This document shows positions 1-9,358 of a stretch of DNA of 64,000 bases, piece after piece. Position numbers and translations under genes: made by a program. The notes beneath the pieces were generated by a model. It was not told the origin of the DNA and did not search any database. It was given only the letters and a program-made list of their open reading frames with translations. The stretch lies in the NCBI GenBank assembly GCA_019352195.1, contig JACAFG010000001.1:2485-66484 (forward strand), written 5' to 3'. This DNA comes from Candidatus Saccharimonadota bacterium (GTDB lineage Bacteria > Patescibacteriota > Saccharimonadia > UBA4664). Position 1 is the first letter of the stretch, and the number at the start of each line of letters is the position of its first letter.

Positions 1-86
1 TAAATCAGCGACCGCATGGGTTGAGAATAATTTACGACCAATCAATGAAAGCTCTCGATAACATTAAGGACAATCTCATTGGATAA

Positions 87-545
87 AACCGATCTTATCT
101 ACGTCGCCTCAAGCCCACCGATCCTGATCTAGCCCACATTGCGGCCGAGCTCAACGAAGCCGACTCCGAGGTCTCTATCAAAGCCTTTAGCGAGCAATCG
201 CTACGGGATTTCCTGAGCGATCCTAGTCGTTTCTATCTTATCGGTACTATCAATCGTCACATTGCTGGCGCTATCCACGGTTACGTTTTTCCGCACCCCA
301 CCGGCGTAAAATATATGTGGATCGATGAGGTTGATACCATCGCCCAATTTCGTCGCCAAGGCGTGGCTACCGCCATGCTCAAAGAAGTCTTTGAAATTGC
401 CAAAGAGCATGGCTGCGACGAAGCCTGGCTGGGTACCGAAAATGACAATCCTGGCGCCATGGCGCTCTACGAAGGACTCAATCCAACCGAGCATACCAAT
501 GGTCCGACGTACGCGTGGAAAATACCTTGGGGAAGGAAAGAATAG
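87..545 (+). pseudogene. GNAT family N-acetyltransferase with a disrupted 5' end. The body is in frame 0 after a TAA at 84-86. No ATG/GTG/TTG lies in frame before 315. A TTG at 79 in frame 1 gives MDKTD..., so a +/-1 frameshift near 95-105 is suspected.
   Basis: The translation has the GNAT motif A (RRQGVATAML) and the full fold from LRRLKPTDPDL. The only canonical in-frame start is an internal ATG at 315. Confidence 0.5.
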
Positions 546-617
546 GCGCATTGGCAATAGGTCGGTTAACGAGCCGCTAAACGCGTAGTAAAGTCCGAAC
601 CTTATCAAGGAGATCCC

Positions 618-815
618 ATGAAGACACTTATGGATACCGCCAAGCTGACCATTGTGATCGTCGTATTTCTCATCATAGCCATTCCAGCTCTCTCAATGGC
701 AACTGGTATTTGGCACACCATTGCCGTGATTGTCTTTGGCTTAGTCTGCCTTGGGATTATAATTACTCTATCCAGAATCGGGCGTAACGCTCAGAAAGGA
801 CCCCATGAACGCTAA
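618..815 (+). CDS. small hypothetical membrane protein (two predicted TM helices)
   Basis: An AAGGAG RBS sits 6 nt upstream of the ATG. The 65 aa product is hydrophobic. Confidence 0.5.
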   Translation: MKTLMDTAKLTIVIVVFLIIAIPALSMATGIWHTIAVIVFGLVCLGIIITLSRIGRNAQKGPHER

Positions 816-1275
816 CGAACAGGCCGAACTTAAGCAATTCCTTAATTTTGTGGCCACCAACGGCTATGGCAACGAAGCGACTAAGAAGCACCGCCAATCC
901 GACGGCTCCGATACCATTGAGCTTGCCGACGGCGACTGGAAGTTCCACGACAACTACTTCACCAGCTCCGACGGGCGCAGCTTTTTTGGCCGTGAAGTTG
1001 TCTTTAAGGCGGGGAAGCCCTATTGGTACATGGGCTACGCTGGATTTACTATCGCCGACGCCGAGCCGAGCGAAGTCGACAAGATTATTGGGACAGCCAT
1101 GCTTTCACCCGACGAAGATACGCCTATTCGCGGCCCGCTTGAACTCACTTTGGGTGACTGGCAGTATGCGTTTACGCCTGGCGACAGCCTCGACGAGTTT
1201 TACGCCGCCGAATGGATTAAACATAATGGTACCAACGTCTATTTAGCGCATTTGCATGGCGGGCTCATCGCTTAG
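805..1275 (+). CDS. hypothetical protein
   Basis: A 156 aa ORF followed by a clear rho-independent terminator. No recognisable domain. Confidence 0.55.
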   Translation: MNANEQAELKQFLNFVATNGYGNEATKKHRQSDGSDTIELADGDWKFHDNYFTSSDGRSFFGREVVFKAGKPYWYMGYAGFTIADAEPSEVDKIIGTAMLSPDEDTPIRGPLELTLGDWQYAFTPGDSLDEFYAAEWIKHNGTNVYLAHLHGGLIA

Positions 1276-1295
1276 TAAGTTTCAGTCTTATTGCA

Positions 1296-1330
1296 CAAAA
1301 CCGACCTAAAATTGAGGTCGGTTTTGAGTT
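1296..1330 (+). terminator. rho-independent terminator (aaaaccgacc...ggtcggtttt, then a T-run)
   Basis: Perfect inverted repeat followed by TTTTGAGTTTTGG. Confidence 0.6.
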
Positions 1331-1428
1331 TTGGCTATGCAAATGATGTTCTCGAACTAGGGTGCCCAGGCCCCCATCAGCAGTGATAAATCGATAACGT
1401 TGACGACGACGCTATCAAAGGCTACATA

Positions 1429-1683
1429 TTGGGTCGCAAACTCGTCGACAACACCGCACTTATCGATGATCTCGGCGTCGGCCGCTATTTCCAACGTCAG
1501 GGAATTGGCACGCAGCTAGTTAACTTTGTTATTGATTGGGCACGCAGCGACGGTTTGAGTGCTCTCAAAGTCATCACTCAAGCTAACAACTTCGCCGCTG
1601 CGGCCACATACCGCGCCGCTGGCTTCGAAGAAACGGCTGGAGAATATCTATATTTTGAGAAGAAACTTTTAGATGGCGACTAA
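1429..1683 (+). pseudogene. GNAT acetyltransferase C-terminal remnant; the N-terminal half is absent
   Basis: An RQGIGTQL motif-A-like segment. In-frame TGA/TAA stops at 1384-1389 lie directly upstream. Only a TTG start is available, giving 84 aa. Confidence 0.5.
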
Positions 1684-2232
1684 CCCCACGGCCGCACAAA
1701 TTATTGCGGCTATCAGATTGGCAACACTGCCGGCAGGCACGATAACTAAAATTGTTGCCATCGATGGCGGCGGCGGTGCCGGCAAAAGCACGCTCGCGCG
1801 CCACTTGGCGAGCGCCATGGGCAACGCCTACATTATCCATATGGACGATTTTATTCACGGGCGAGCCCCAATCCCAACTGGTGGCATCGGCTACGAGACG
1901 AGGTGTGCGAACCTATGTTGGCTGGTAAGGCCGCTCATTACCAGCGCTACGATGGTGCCACGGCGCAGCTAGCGGAATGGATTACGGTACCCGCCGCCAG
2001 CACCGTAATTATCGAAGGTTTTGGAGCTCTACGCCCCCAGTTTCGCCAGTACGTTTACTACGGTATTTGGGTAAATACGCCACCTAAAGTTCGTCTAACT
2101 CGCGGCTTGGCTCGTGGACATGAAGACGCCGCTCAGTGGCGACTGTGGCAGCAATCGGACCAAGAATATCTCAATCTTAACCGCCCCGATATGGCCGCCA
2201 GCCTCATAATTGATGGCACCACTACCTACTAA
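1673..2232 (+). pseudogene. P-loop NTP kinase (uridine-kinase-like AAA ATPase), frameshifted near 1855-1865
   Basis: A Walker A (AIDGGGGAGKST) and MDDF lie in frame 2. The NPNWWHRLRDEV...RYDG continuation lies in frame 1. The two ORFs overlap 1903-1972. Confidence 0.55.
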
Positions 2233-2269
2233 CTGGCGCTCGTGGTACTAGAGTGCTAGAATAATACCG

Positions 2270-3379
2270 ATGGCAACCAACCGCGATTACTACGAAATTT
2301 TAGGCGTTTCCAAATCGGCCACCCCTGATGAAATTAAGCGTGCTTATCGTAAATTGGCAATGGAGCATCATCCCGACAAACACGGTGGTGACGATGCCAA
2401 ATTTAAAGAAATCGGTGAGGCGTACGAAACCCTCAAAGACGACCAGAAACGTGCTGGCTACGACCAATTCGGTCAAGCGGGAGCTAGCGGCAATCCGTTT
2501 GGCGGTGGGGCCGGTGGACAGCAATATACTGGTGGGTTTGGGGGCGCCGAAGGCTTTGATTTTTCGGACATATTAAACCAATTTATGGGTGGCTCCGGGA
2601 CGGGCGCTCAGCAACGGCGTCCAACGCGCGGCCGTGATCTCGAAGTAAGTGTAAGCATCGACTTTTTGGAAGCTATCTTCGGCGTCCAGCGCGATATTAC
2701 GCTCACTCTAGATGAGCCTTGTGAGCATTGTCATGGTAACGGCGCCGAGCCAGGCAAAGGCACCAAGCAGTGTCCAACCTGTAAAGGCGCGGGCCAGGTT
2801 ACCCGCGTGCAACAGACTATTTTAGGTGGTATTCGCCAAGCTGTTATTTGTCCAACATGTGATGGTGCCGGTCAAATCCCCGTGGAGGTTTGTACGGTGT
2901 GTAAAGGCGCTGGCGTTATGCGTCGCCAAAAAACGACGAGTATCAAAATCCCTGCTGGCATCGATGACGGCATGGCAGTTCGTATTACCGGGGCGGGAGC
3001 AGCCATTAAAAACGGCAAAGCCCGAGGTGATTTGTACGTGCGCGTGCGTGTAAAAAGCGATAAGCGTTTTAATCGTGTCGATCAAACTATTTCCAGCGAA
3101 GCCGCGGTTACCATGGCGGCAGCCGCTTTGGGCACCGAAATCGACGTCGCCACCGTCGATGGCAACGTGACGGTAAAAATTCCCGCGGGCACGCAATCGG
3201 GCAAGATTTTCAAGCTCTCTGGCCGCGGGGTCCCAGGTGTTGGGGGTCGCTCGCGCGGGGATCATTTGGTTACCGTTACGGTAGAGATTCCGACCAAATT
3301 GTCCGCTCGCCAAAAAGAATTGCTCGAAGCATTTGCCGCCGAGCAGGATTCGCACAAGAAAGGCTTTTTCAAGCGATGA
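2270..3379 (+). CDS. dnaJ: molecular chaperone DnaJ
   Basis: J-domain with HPD (AMEHHPDK), a G/F-rich region, four CxxCxGxG zinc repeats, and a C-terminal domain. Confidence 0.95.
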   Translation: MATNRDYYEILGVSKSATPDEIKRAYRKLAMEHHPDKHGGDDAKFKEIGEAYETLKDDQKRAGYDQFGQAGASGNPFGGGAGGQQYTGGFGGAEGFDFSDILNQFMGGSGTGAQQRRPTRGRDLEVSVSIDFLEAIFGVQRDITLTLDEPCEHCHGNGAEPGKGTKQCPTCKGAGQVTRVQQTILGGIRQAVICPTCDGAGQIPVEVCTVCKGAGVMRRQKTTSIKIPAGIDDGMAVRITGAGAAIKNGKARGDLYVRVRVKSDKRFNRVDQTISSEAAVTMAAAALGTEIDVATVDGNVTVKIPAGTQSGKIFKLSGRGVPGVGGRSRGDHLVTVTVEIPTKLSARQKELLEAFAAEQDSHKKGFFKR

Positions 3380-3585
3380 TAGTCTATCAACGGCCCAACC
3401 TAATTGTAATTATCGCGCTCGTTTTTTCACTTGCCGCCATCTTTGTTCCCGTTGCTGCTACCGGCGCGGTAATTGCGTGGAGTGCATGGGGCTATGATGA
3501 AATTCGCTATGGTGATGGTCCCTTGCGCCGCTTTTTTGGCTGCATCGCCATTGTTGGTGTCGCTATATGGCTGATCTGGCAGTAA
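3376..3585 (+). CDS. small hypothetical membrane protein
   Basis: ATGA overlap with the dnaJ stop. The 69 aa product is hydrophobic. Confidence 0.4.
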   Translation: MIVYQRPNLIVIIALVFSLAAIFVPVAATGAVIAWSAWGYDEIRYGDGPLRRFFGCIAIVGVAIWLIWQ

Positions 3586-4193
3586 AAACCGTAGTTTTTG
3601 ACTTTTTCGGCGTAATTTGCCCGAATTTAGCCGCTTTAACCGGGGCCGAATTTAGCCTCCGTCATGGCATAAGCCCGGTTGAGTTCTCACGTTTTGGTCA
3701 CACTCATCGCGAGGCTTTGGACGCGGGCCAAATGTCGCAGCTTCAATTTGCGACCTTGCTGCAAAAACAATGGCACGTGAACATAGAACCAGCCGCGTTA
3801 TGTGACGAGCTCGACGCACTCGATGGTCACTATTATGCCTTTGATCATCGCTTGCACGACCTTATCAAAGTAATTAAGCCGCAGGCCGCGGTTGCCGTCA
3901 TGAGTAACGTTTCGCGCGACGAAGGCGCCTATTTACGCAGCCTCGGTGCATACGATGCCTTCGACTCCGTGTTTTTATCGGGCGATGCACGTCTCACGAA
4001 GTCGGACCCAGCTTGGTTTAACCAGGTTGCCGATAGCTTAGTCTGCCTGCCCGGCGAAGTAATGCTCATCGACGATTGTATGGGCAACGTCACCAGCGCT
4101 CGCGCTGCCGGCTGGAGCAGTTCATACTGGTATCAGACGCCGGTGCTCCTCGCGGCGTATCTAGCACAACTTGGGTTTAACACGGAGAAATGA
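3567..4193 (+). CDS. HAD-superfamily hydrolase-like protein (atypical motif I, DFFGV)
   Basis: VVFDFFGVI at the N-terminus and LIDDCMGNVTSARAAGW at the C-terminus resemble HAD motifs I and IV. The second Asp of DxD is missing. Confidence 0.5.
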   Translation: MADLAVKTVVFDFFGVICPNLAALTGAEFSLRHGISPVEFSRFGHTHREALDAGQMSQLQFATLLQKQWHVNIEPAALCDELDALDGHYYAFDHRLHDLIKVIKPQAAVAVMSNVSRDEGAYLRSLGAYDAFDSVFLSGDARLTKSDPAWFNQVADSLVCLPGEVMLIDDCMGNVTSARAAGWSSSYWYQTPVLLAAYLAQLGFNTEK

Positions 4194-4819
4194 TGAAAAT
4201 CTTGATACTAGGCGCCGCTGGCCGTACGGGCCGCGAACTGGTTACCCAGGCAATGGCTGGTGGTAACGAAGTGACGGCCTTCGCCCGAGCCACGGAACAT
4301 TTGCCAACGCTTGAGGGCCTGCGTGTAATTGTGGGTGATGCTGAAAATCCCGACCAAGTTGCCGCAGCCGCTCAAGGCAATGATGCTGTCGTAAGCGCGC
4401 TAGGCCACACCTCCACAATGAGATCGGCAGCGCAAACCGTTGCGATCCAGACGCTCATAAAAACCTTGCCGGCCGGTACCAAAGTTATTAGCCTGACGGG
4501 CTTTGGCGTCCCGGATGCCAAGGACCCGGCCATTCCTTTGCTAGGCAAAATAATGAACGGGGTCATCAAACTCGTGCCAGGCGATATGTTTAATGACGGC
4601 CGTCGGCATGTGGAATTACTACGCGCGAGCAAATTGGCTTATACCGTTGTGAGGGCGCCCCGCCTTACCACAGCCGCGGGCACTGGCCACTATGAGCTCG
4701 GGTATTTTAGTCTCAGCGCCACCGATGCCATTGCCCGTGCCGACGTCGCGGCGGCCATGCTGGGCTGCCTGTCGAATAACACCTGGGATCGTCAAACGCC
4801 CATGATCCGCGCTCAATAA
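4190..4819 (+). CDS. NAD(P)-binding oxidoreductase (NmrA/atypical SDR-like)
   Basis: A Rossmann N-terminus (MKILILGAAGRTGRELV). ATGA overlap with the upstream gene. Confidence 0.7.
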   Translation: MMKILILGAAGRTGRELVTQAMAGGNEVTAFARATEHLPTLEGLRVIVGDAENPDQVAAAAQGNDAVVSALGHTSTMRSAAQTVAIQTLIKTLPAGTKVISLTGFGVPDAKDPAIPLLGKIMNGVIKLVPGDMFNDGRRHVELLRASKLAYTVVRAPRLTTAAGTGHYELGYFSLSATDAIARADVAAAMLGCLSNNTWDRQTPMIRAQ

Positions 4820-6143
4820 ACGAAGGGCCCCCGGCGCCACATGTTGCGCCGATACGGGTGAAAGCCCCCATCAGGAACAGGCGATGAGTGACCGTATCAA
4901 CCAACACAGGTCGTACACCGTTGTTTCCGCCGTCGACGTTGCTTTGGTTGCCACTGAGGCGGAAATTCATGTAGCCGAGGATCGTCCCCTTGGTCGAAAA
5001 ACTGGTCGTCTGGTTGGCGTAGGGGCAGCCAATGTTGTTGCCATGGCCACGGTGATTACCGCTGATGTAGACGTTGCCAACCACCGCGACACCTTGAGTG
5101 TCACCTTCGGTTTTGCGCGCCCAGTTGAAATGGCCAGTGGCCGGAACCACTTGAGCAACTCCGTTGGTCGTGCCGCCGCCCCCCCAGCCGAGGACCAGCA
5201 GGGGCGCGCCCGGGGAATGCAGGTCCCAATCAAGCGACAGGGCTTCTTGTCCGTCCCAAGTAGCCTCGGGCCCCACGCCCGAATCGGGCTTGAGCACGGG
5301 CTTGAAGGCCGGATAGGCTGCGCCCGTGGTGAGCGGGTAGAGTTGCGCCAAACCGTGTTGCTTGAGCGAGCCTACCTGTTCGAACAATCCGCCCACAAAC
5401 AACGAGTTGAGGTGCGGACTAAGAATCATGGTCATCACTGGGCCGCCCGAACCGGTCTGGTTCCAGAGCAGGGCCCCGGAACCAACCTTGACCGCGCTGA
5501 TGTGGCTGCTAGCACCACCGCAAAACACCGTGGTTGGGTTTACGCCGATGGCACGGACCTGACTGCTCGAACCTTGATTCCAGCTCGTCAGTTTGCCCAA
5601 GGGAAAACCAAGCGCCGCGATGTAATGGGGACTCGCGCCGGCAAAGGTAGTGAAATCACCGGCAATGTATACGACGCCCGGACCACTCTTGATGCTCCAC
5701 ACGTACGAATTGATCCCGGTTCCGGCGTAGACCAACGCGCCGGTCGCCTCGTTGACGATGGCGAAATTGGTGGCCGGATGGCTTACGCCGTTGGCACCAA
5801 TCACGTTGCGGAAGTTGCCGCCAAAGGCCGCGTAGCGCGTGGTGCCAGCGGCAAAGATTCCTAAGAGCCCGTCACCGTCGGTGGCGGGGAACGCAATGGG
5901 TACCCCGCTGAAAGCTGTAGTGCCTGCCGGCGGCTTGGCCGCCACCGGGTACGGGCATGGCGGAATAGCTGCGACCTGAATGGTGGTAGCGCTGTTGGCC
6001 GACTCGGGAATGGGCTGTTGGGACAGGGGCACATCGTGGGCGCCACTTGGTGGGGTTGGAGTGGCGCCGGCTGAGGTGATGGTCGAAACCACCAGTGTCA
6101 GCCCGAGAGCCGCCACAAAGGCAGCTCGCAAGAAGTTGGACAT
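4713..6143 (-). CDS. secreted Gly-rich repeat (beta-propeller-like) protein, high GC
   Basis: A signal peptide (MSNFLRAAFVAALGLTLVVSTITSAGA) and repeated G-rich beta-strand motifs. GC is clearly above its neighbours. The 3' end overlaps the convergent gene by about 107 nt. Confidence 0.6.
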   Translation of the reverse strand: MSNFLRAAFVAALGLTLVVSTITSAGATPTPPSGAHDVPLSQQPIPESANSATTIQVAAIPPCPYPVAAKPPAGTTAFSGVPIAFPATDGDGLLGIFAAGTTRYAAFGGNFRNVIGANGVSHPATNFAIVNEATGALVYAGTGINSYVWSIKSGPGVVYIAGDFTTFAGASPHYIAALGFPLGKLTSWNQGSSSQVRAIGVNPTTVFCGGASSHISAVKVGSGALLWNQTGSGGPVMTMILSPHLNSLFVGGLFEQVGSLKQHGLAQLYPLTTGAAYPAFKPVLKPDSGVGPEATWDGQEALSLDWDLHSPGAPLLVLGWGGGGTTNGVAQVVPATGHFNWARKTEGDTQGVAVVGNVYISGNHRGHGNNIGCPYANQTTSFSTKGTILGYMNFRLSGNQSNVDGGNNGVRPVLVDTVTHRLFLMGAFTRIGATCGAGGPSFIERGSWAFDDPRCYSTGSPAWPPRRRHGQWHRWR

Positions 6144-6230
6144 GATGCTCCTTGGGAGTAGAGATGTTCACAAACTAGTCCAGATAGACGATAAAATATA
6201 ATACCATAATTAATACAAAACTACAACATT

Positions 6231-7034
6231 TTAATCAAGCTTAACCAACTTCAGCTTGACGGGTTCGCCAAATAGCGTGGCGGCTAAAGTTGTTGCCGCT
6301 GGGGTGATATCGGTCACTAAAAATTCTCTGATCGCATCGCGCCCAAGTTTAGTCTCAATCTCTGGGTGGCGATCCAAATAATCACTCAGTTTAGGTGGCA
6401 AAATTACGTTAGGTGCAATAATAGTTACGCTTGAACCCATCAGGCGCATGATTGGCTCGAGCAGAACCGGATAATGGGTACATCCAAGCACTAAGGTGTC
6501 GATTTTGGCCTCAATAAGCGGCTGCAAGTAATCGCGTAAAATAGGCTCGGCGTAACGGACACCACCATTTTCGATGAGGGGTACTAACAGTGGCGCAGGG
6601 CTTTGCGTTACCGCGGCAGCAGAACTTAGTTTGGTGATTTCGGTGACATATGTACCTGTGGCCACCGTCCCGACCGTCGCTAAGACGCCCACGCGCCCCT
6701 TATTTAGCTCTTTCACCGCTTCGGCCGTTGGCACCATCACACCTAAGACGTTGCGGTCCGGATAATGCCCAGGCAGCCAGGTTTGTTGCACCCGGCGCAA
6801 CGCTTCGGCCGAGGCGGTATTGCAGGCAATAATTACGAGCGCGCAGTCGGCCTCGCCCAACAAGTAACCTAAGGCTTCGCAGGTAAATTGATATACCAGC
6901 TCCATGGACCGGTTACCGTAGGGCACGCGCGCAGTATCCCCCAGATATACGTAGTCGTAATCTGGCAGCTTGGTCATAACGCTATGCGTAATGATTAGTC
7001 CACCAAGCCCAGAGTCGAAAATGCCAATCTTCAT
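6231..7034 (-). CDS. murI: glutamate racemase
   Basis: MKIGIFDSGLGGL at the N-terminus and the conserved CNTAS region. The start is taken at the internal ATG 7034. The longer ORF to 7085 lacks support. Confidence 0.9.
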   Translation of the reverse strand: MKIGIFDSGLGGLIITHSVMTKLPDYDYVYLGDTARVPYGNRSMELVYQFTCEALGYLLGEADCALVIIACNTASAEALRRVQQTWLPGHYPDRNVLGVMVPTAEAVKELNKGRVGVLATVGTVATGTYVTEITKLSSAAAVTQSPAPLLVPLIENGGVRYAEPILRDYLQPLIEAKIDTLVLGCTHYPVLLEPIMRLMGSSVTIIAPNVILPPKLSDYLDRHPEIETKLGRDAIREFLVTDITPAATTLAATLFGEPVKLKLVKLD

Positions 7035-7101
7035 AAGGGCATTATAGCAACCACACGCCAAAAGCTTGTCAGTGGTATAATCCACTCAAACCATAAGCCT
7101 T

Positions 7102-7581
7102 ATGCATTTGCCAGCCATTAGCCCCAATATTCTCATTATTCTCGCCATCGCCGGCGGCATGGTTTACGGTGCGGCGGGCGGAAAACACCGGCTGAGGATG
7201 TTTATCTTAAGCATTTACGTTGGCATTGTTATTGCCACACAGTTTGCGGCTATTGTGGTTGCGGCTACCCACCAACCAACCGATTTGGTAACGCTTGGGC
7301 TATTTTTCCTACCGATATTATTATTTGGCTTTAGCGGCAAAAGCGGTGGCAAACACGATCATCAGGGCGAATTACTCGCTAATTTGGTGGTCGGCCTCGC
7401 CGCCGGCGCCTTGCTGGCCGCCTCCGCACTCAAGCTCCTACCACCGAGCGAGGCCAATTCGCTTACCGACGGTGCGCTAGTAGCGTCGCTGTTATTGCAG
7501 TACCAATTATGGCTCGTAGCCTTATTGCCAATTGTGGCATTTGTGTTAGGACTTATGAAAAGTAAAGACAAACACCACTAG
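7102..7581 (+). CDS. hypothetical membrane protein
   Basis: A 159 aa multi-TM hydrophobic ORF. Confidence 0.5.
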   Translation: MHLPAISPNILIILAIAGGMVYGAAGGKHRLRMFILSIYVGIVIATQFAAIVVAATHQPTDLVTLGLFFLPILLFGFSGKSGGKHDHQGELLANLVVGLAAGALLAASALKLLPPSEANSLTDGALVASLLLQYQLWLVALLPIVAFVLGLMKSKDKHH

Positions 7582-7762
7582 TTTCTTGCCTCAACACGGT
7601 CATATCGAGTACAATAGGGCGGTTCCACTTCACAAGTGATAGCGTTCTTGGCATTCTAATATCTCACCTGTGTTTGTCTCACCATCAAACTGGTCAAATG
7701 TTAACCTGCCGCGGCCACCATCTCGAATCTCACTTGGCTTATTATCACAAGCCTTTATTTAT

Positions 7763-7839
7763 GGGCCTGTAGCTCAGTTGGTTAGAGCAGGGGACTTTTA
7801 ATCCTCGTGTCCTGGGTTCGAATCCCAGCAGGCCCACCA
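7763..7839 (+). tRNA. tRNA-Lys (anticodon TTT), CCA encoded
   Basis: Manual cloverleaf: acceptor GGGCCTG/CAGGCCC, anticodon loop CTTTTAA, T-arm CTGGG-TTCGAAT-CCCAG. Confidence 0.9.
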
Positions 7840-7847
7840 AAGCAAAG

Positions 7848-7875
7848 CCCTCACATTCGTGGGGGTTTTGCTTTG
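7848..7875. terminator. hairpin plus T-run after tRNA-Lys. It can also serve the convergent minus-strand gene.
   Basis: ccctcac-attc-gtggggg followed by ttttgctttgg. Confidence 0.5.
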
Positions 7876-7907
7876 GTACGATTTCCTAATTCAACCCCCG
7901 GCTTTTA

Positions 7908-9077
7908 CTATTGAAGGTTGTCGGCCGCCGCAATACTAACATTACTACCGGCGCTACAATTGGTGGCGCCACCAGGTGCCACACCGCTGGCGCAGCCTAA
8001 GTAGGGTGAGAGACCAAGTATCTGCTCGGTTGTCCGAAGGATACCAATATTGTTGGTAGCAGTGGTTACAACGGTCCCGGGTTTGATTGATGGGGCAATG
8101 ACAACACTTGGAATATTGCTGGCAGTCCCGCTATTGGCTGATCCCTCATCCCACATAATGAAAATAGCCGTATCACCAGATGCATAGTTGGGACCGGCCG
8201 TAATTAACGGTACGTAGGTTTTGAGCCAGTTGTCGCCCTCGGCCACCGTTCCGTCATGCATGTCGTTGTCGAGATTGGGGGTGATAAACGTAAAATTGGC
8301 GAGACTACCAGAAGCTATATCGGCAGTGAACGTGTTCGATGGGGTACCACTACACCCGAGACCAACCGTGGTGCTGCAGGTGATAGCCGGGATGCCAACA
8401 TCATTAATGGCGCAGTCGGCTGCAATCGGATTGTAGAATGCGGCAGGATTGTGTTTATAAGCGTAGCGGCCCGAACTTGCCAGACTACAGTTGGAGGGCA
8501 TGCTTTCGATATAGCTCTTCCAGCTCATGCTAGAGTTTTTTGCGAGCTGAAAAATACTCTCGCTATCAAGCGACGCAGCAGCATGATCGCCATCTGTCCG
8601 GAGGCAACCCGTACCGCTGCCGGTAGCGGTGTCGATGCCGGTATTGCAGTTGCTGCCTGAGGTAGCAACTGCGTATTGGGGCTCCGAAGGCAGCGCTACG
8701 GTGGTTGCGTTATCGATAACATTGGTGGCCTTGGAACACTGTGATGCGATCTGGTTTACAAATGGCGCATTGGCGGACTGGTCGACGGCACCATTGTCTT
8801 TATTCTCGTTCCAAATCCAAATCACGTGCTTGTAGTGAGCTGGAGGGGTAGCACCGGTACACGGGCCAGTAAAACGAACCGCTGACTGGCCACTGGCAGT
8901 AGTGCTAGAGATAAGGGAGGCTGGGCTCGTTCTAGCGCCACTCTCAGCTTCAAACGCTGTGGCTACTCCAGATGCATGACTAAATAGTTTGAACCCAACT
9001 CCCACAGCCACGAGTAACAACGCAAAAAGGAGGTAGTACGCTTTGCTTGTCTTGGCGACAGGGCGAACTAACGGCAT
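7908..9077 (-). CDS. secreted phosphoesterase family protein (phospholipase C / acid phosphatase AcpA-like)
   Basis: An N-terminal TM/signal segment, an HVIWIWNEN region, and a C-terminal NLDNDMHDG motif typical of PF04185-type phosphoesterases. Confidence 0.5.
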   Translation of the reverse strand: MPLVRPVAKTSKAYYLLFALLLVAVGVGFKLFSHASGVATAFEAESGARTSPASLISSTTASGQSAVRFTGPCTGATPPAHYKHVIWIWNENKDNGAVDQSANAPFVNQIASQCSKATNVIDNATTVALPSEPQYAVATSGSNCNTGIDTATGSGTGCLRTDGDHAAASLDSESIFQLAKNSSMSWKSYIESMPSNCSLASSGRYAYKHNPAAFYNPIAADCAINDVGIPAITCSTTVGLGCSGTPSNTFTADIASGSLANFTFITPNLDNDMHDGTVAEGDNWLKTYVPLITAGPNYASGDTAIFIMWDEGSANSGTASNIPSVVIAPSIKPGTVVTTATNNIGILRTTEQILGLSPYLGCASGVAPGGATNCSAGSNVSIAAADNLQ

Positions 9078-9167
9078 ATGCTCTTCGTTTCATCCATGCT
9101 AAAAACTATTATATACCGAACTGCCGCGCGCTTCATTTAGCCATCAATCCGTGCGATACTACCCCCA

Positions 9168-9352
9168 TGAGTTTTATCAAAGATTTTGGTGATATTCTCA
9201 AGCTTGTGAAAGCTGGTGAGAATAGCTACAGTGCGGCTATGCAATACATTGAACGTAAAAAAGCCCAGCTTAAGCTTATTATCACGATTACCGTTATTTG
9301 GGCGTTAGTTATGCTGGGCTTGGTCATCTACATCGCGTTTAAAGTAAGTTAA
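9168..9352 (+). CDS. small hypothetical membrane protein (start uncertain; ORF extends to 9047)
   Basis: The 61 aa C-terminal part is strongly hydrophobic. Confidence 0.3.
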
Positions 9353-9358
9353 TCCCGC

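Noticed and set aside
201-608. 135-aa minus-strand ORF
   Set aside because: Antisense to the GNAT coding frame. No motif. The GNAT reading on the plus strand explains the region.
4884-5864. 326-aa plus-strand ORF inside the secreted-protein gene
   Set aside because: Typical long antisense ORF in high-GC DNA. Arg/Ala/Gly-rich junk. The minus-strand protein has a signal peptide and repeats.
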